From Coraliomargarita sp. (GTDB lineage Bacteria; Verrucomicrobiota; Verrucomicrobiia; Opitutales; Coraliomargaritaceae), in contig OZ244160.1 of the NCBI GenBank assembly GCA_965216325.1, positions 1,920,001 to 1,984,000 on the forward strand: a stretch of DNA of 64,000 nucleotides, given 5' to 3'. Position 1 is the first letter of the stretch; the number at the start of each line of letters is the position of its first letter. Shown piece after piece: positions 61,383 to 64,000 of the stretch. The position numbers were made by a program, and so were the translations under genes. The notes under the pieces are model-generated. The model was not told the origin of the DNA. It searched no databases and saw only the letters and a program-made list of their open reading frames with translations.

Positions 61383-62355
61383 CGCGGGCCTCCTTACTGC
61401 GGCCAGTGAAGACTTGTCCGCTGATGCCGATCAGCAGCATGGCCGCGAGTGGCCAGTGATACAATTCGGTGCGTGGACGGTAGCTGACCGATTCGACTTC
61501 ACGGGTGTCGAGCTGATCGATCTCAGTGTAAATACTTTCCAGTTCCTCGCGATCATTGGCGTGGAAATAGCGCCCATCGCTGGTTGATGCGACCGCTTGT
61601 AGTGCTTCCTCGTCGAGTGCTTCTTCGCCGGTAGTCGTGGGATCCCCGACGCCGACGACGTGCACGATGACTTCATTGTCTTTGGCAATCTTGGCGGCTT
61701 CGGCGGGTGGCACTCGACTACCGGTGTCGTTGCCATCGGTCAGTGCGATGATCACGCGTTGATCCACTTCGCTGCGTTCAAATAGTGTAATGCCCAGACC
61801 AATCGCATCGCCGAAGACAGTGCGTGGACCTGCCATGCGCACGGTGGTTTCTTCCAGCAGGATACGGCAGGCATCGAGGTCTTGAGTAAAGGGCACTTGC
61901 ACGAAGGCTGCGTTGCCAAAAACGATCAGTCCCACGCGGTCACCTTCGCGGCGCTGTAGGAATTCGTCCAAGACTTGTTTGACGGCAGTGAGTCGGTCAA
62001 TGCGTTCGCCGTCCTGCTTGGTGAAGTCGTTGGCTTCCATCGATCCGGAAAGATCGACGATGAGCAGCAGGTCGCGCGTTGGGATAATCTGCGAAATCGG
62101 TTCTTCCAGTTGTTGGGGGCGTGCGAGTGCGACGACGACTAGACACCAGCTGATCCAGAGTAGGATACGTTTCAGTGGTTTCGAGCTGATGGGCTCTCTT
62201 ATTTGTAGGTTCTCCTTGTTTAGGATATTGACCACGCGCTGAAACCAAGGTGCCCAGAGCGCGGGCCGTTTGCTCTCGCTGGGTGGGAGGATCCGTCCAA
62301 CTAGCAGGGGGAGCGGGAGCAGCAAGAGCAGCCATGGGTGTGCTAGGATCAACAT
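61375..62355 (-). CDS. VWA domain protein (BatA-like)
   Basis: PW.LLLLPLP, ALARPQ, VDLSGSM (MIDAS), GDRVGLIVFG, T..GDAI, LTDG.D. Confidence 0.92.
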   Translation of the reverse strand: MLILAHPWLLLLLPLPLLVGRILPPSESKRPALWAPWFQRVVNILNKENLQIREPISSKPLKRILLWISWCLVVVALARPQQLEEPISQIIPTRDLLLIVDLSGSMEANDFTKQDGERIDRLTAVKQVLDEFLQRREGDRVGLIVFGNAAFVQVPFTQDLDACRILLEETTVRMAGPRTVFGDAIGLGITLFERSEVDQRVIIALTDGNDTGSRVPPAEAAKIAKDNEVIVHVVGVGDPTTTGEEALDEEALQAVASTSDGRYFHANDREELESIYTEIDQLDTREVESVSYRPRTELYHWPLAAMLLIGISGQVFTGRSKEARDG

Positions 62356-62356
62356 A

Positions 62357-62779
62357 CTAGGAGGGCTGTCTCTGGTGTTTGCGGATCCATTGCTCCGCTT
62401 GATGTCGGAGTTCGTTTTCCGAAGAGTCCGCAAACGATGTTTCGGTAAAGAGTGCTTGGCTTACCTGCGCGTTTAGAAACCTAGTCCAGTCGGCGCCATG
62501 TAGTGGTGCAACTTGTTCGCGGGGATAGACGGCGAGTGCGACACGCTTGAGCACAACGTTGATGTCATATGTGCTGGTTGCGCTCTGAAGCAGTTGTAGG
62601 CCTGCACGACGATAGGCGTTTGCCTGATGACGTTTCGATAGTTGCCAGAGAATAGCGATGAGTAGCAGGCCAACAAGTCCGATGAGTGCCCAGAGCCCGG
62701 GCGCAAAGGGCCAGAGTCCGGGGGCTTCCGGCAGCACAATGTCGTGCAGATCGTTCAGGCTAAGCTCGGAGTTTTTCAT
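62357..62779 (-). CDS. DUF4381 domain protein
   Basis: L.DI.LP....WP.APG.W, YRR..L, LKRVAL, L.G..W..FL. Confidence 0.85.
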   Translation of the reverse strand: MKNSELSLNDLHDIVLPEAPGLWPFAPGLWALIGLVGLLLIAILWQLSKRHQANAYRRAGLQLLQSATSTYDINVVLKRVALAVYPREQVAPLHGADWTRFLNAQVSQALFTETSFADSSENELRHQAEQWIRKHQRQPS

Positions 62780-62790
62780 TACGGCATAGG

Positions 62791-62860
62791 GTAGGGATGG
62801 CTGCCCTCAGCCATCCGCTTCTCTGTGTTGGGCGGACGCTCGGGGGCAAGCGTCCCTGCC
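62791..62860. repeat. REPIN-like pair
   Basis: GTAGGGATGGCTGCCCTCAGCCATCCG ... CGGACGCTCGGGGGCAAGCGTCCCTGCC. Confidence 0.7.
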
Positions 62861-62880
62861 TTTGATTGAATCGAGTCCAT

Positions 62881-63855
62881 CTATGTTTGAGATGTTGAAG
62901 GAGCCGGCACCCCAAAGAGGCGGCGCAGTTGTGCGACGGTGGGTTCGCCGTTGCTGATCATCAGCATCGGTGCGGCGAGCCGACGGAAATGCTGTTCGAG
63001 GCGTTGCTGCTCATTGTGATAGTCGTTGGTGAGTTGCTCACGGACGCGCGTGTCGTTGAATTGGATTTCGCGATGTTGCGTGCCATTGCTGATCGCGAGT
63101 GCATCGGGGAATCCGTCGAGGCGTGACGCGTCGTGAGTGAGCAAGGCCAGGACATCATTATGCTCGGCGATTTGAGTGATCAGTTGCTCGCTTCGCGCAT
63201 CAGCCGAAGACATGTCCGAAATAATCACGACGAGCACATCGTGTTTCGCCATTTGCTTGGCACGTTGTAGTGCTTTGTTGAATACGTTGTGATCTGTCTC
63301 GGCGTTTGTCTGGAGGCTGAGGGCATGGTTCATGCGCACGAGCTCGCCAAGTATTTGCAGAGCAGTTTGTTCGCTGCGCTGCGGGTGAAAGGCTCGAATG
63401 TCTGTATCGTTGAAAAGCACCGCACCTGCGCGGTCGCCGGATGCTAAGGCACGCCAGACGCCAACTGCTGAGCACTCGGCTGCGGTGACTGACTTCATCT
63501 GACGCTTGGTTCCGAAGAACATGCACTTACGCTGGTCGACCACCATGAGCACGGCGCGGTCCTTTTCTTCAGCGCAGACGCGGACGTGGGCTTTGCGTGT
63601 GCGTGCGGTGACTTTCCAGTCCATCGCGCGAATGTCGTCGCCCTGTTGATAGCGGCGCAGTTCGGCAAAGTCCATGCCGCGTCCGCGTAGTTTGGAGCCA
63701 TAGCGCCCGTTCAGTACGCTGGTGACCGGTTGCTGTGGGCGCAGGGAGAAGTCCTGTGTTTCGAAACGTAGCCGCACCAACGAATCCAAGTCGGTGTAGG
63801 CTCCCTCACGATCTTCGGAGCTCGCATGTTTACGCTTTAGCAGATTCCAGTTCAT
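62881..63855 (-). CDS. DUF58 domain protein
   Basis: G...S..RGRGMDF.ELR.Y..GDDIR..DWKVTAR, EEK.R, M.FG....K, ISD. Confidence 0.92.
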   Translation of the reverse strand: MNWNLLKRKHASSEDREGAYTDLDSLVRLRFETQDFSLRPQQPVTSVLNGRYGSKLRGRGMDFAELRRYQQGDDIRAMDWKVTARTRKAHVRVCAEEKDRAVLMVVDQRKCMFFGTKRQMKSVTAAECSAVGVWRALASGDRAGAVLFNDTDIRAFHPQRSEQTALQILGELVRMNHALSLQTNAETDHNVFNKALQRAKQMAKHDVLVVIISDMSSADARSEQLITQIAEHNDVLALLTHDASRLDGFPDALAISNGTQHREIQFNDTRVREQLTNDYHNEQQRLEQHFRRLAAPMLMISNGEPTVAQLRRLFGVPAPSTSQT

Positions 63856-63859
63856 ATTT

Positions 63860-63925
63860 CAGAGGACAGAGGACAGAGGACAGAGGACAGAGATCTGATT
63901 TCGGATCTCCGGTTTTCGGCCTCTG
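63860..63925. repeat. Inverted heptamer arms (CAGAGGA)x4 filling the moxR-DUF58 junction
   Basis: cagagga x4 + cagag, then tctgatttcggatctccggttttcggcctctg. Confidence 0.75.
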
Positions 63926-63930
63926 AGCAG

Positions 63931-64000
63931 TCAGGCGACCGCTACATTCTTAAGTAAGGTGTTGATGACCTCGTCGGTAGTCACGCCATCTGCTTGGGCT
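63931..64000 (-). CDS. 3' end of a probable MoxR AAA+ ATPase (partial)
   Basis: Minus strand reads ...AQADGVTTDEVINTLLKNVAVA*, a typical MoxR C-terminus, directly upstream of DUF58. Confidence 0.7.
   Translation of the reverse strand, partial: AQADGVTTDEVINTLLKNVAVA

Overview
Bacterial chromosomal window, most consistent with a Verrucomicrobiota (Opitutales/Coraliomargarita-like) genome; this is inferred from the protein families and the C-terminal domain of the giant protein. From left to right: the 3' part of a giant acidic protein with about 22 PPC-like domains; a phasin-like/four-helix-bundle/UbiB cluster; a FIST plus two-histidine-kinase signalling cluster; a Met/His-rich outer-membrane barrel with a CxxC/PPP leader gene; nrdDG with tandem NrdR boxes; tyrA-aroA-cmk-plsC-(GxxExxY)-purM; a type IV pilin followed by a T-rich Gtr/GT-C glycosylation island with a homopolymer frameshift; a sigma70 factor; purE-purK-trpE; DUF4139; rapA; a nitroreductase; AraC/DUF4914; kamA/ArsR; and a MoxR-DUF58-VWA-Bat operon that continues into a sulfatase and two outer-membrane barrels. 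No rRNA, tRNA, CRISPR array, transposase or integrase was seen. The most striking unexplained structure is non-coding. (i) At least five families of inverted short-tandem-repeat arms sit at gene junctions, often between a stop codon and the next start. Two pairs enclose a small passenger gene (four-helix bundle, GxxExxY) and the others are empty. (ii) Many GTAG-type REP-like palindromes occur; several are translated in frame inside genes (batC-like, batD-like, cmk), and two carry the same 39-bp element nested at the same position.
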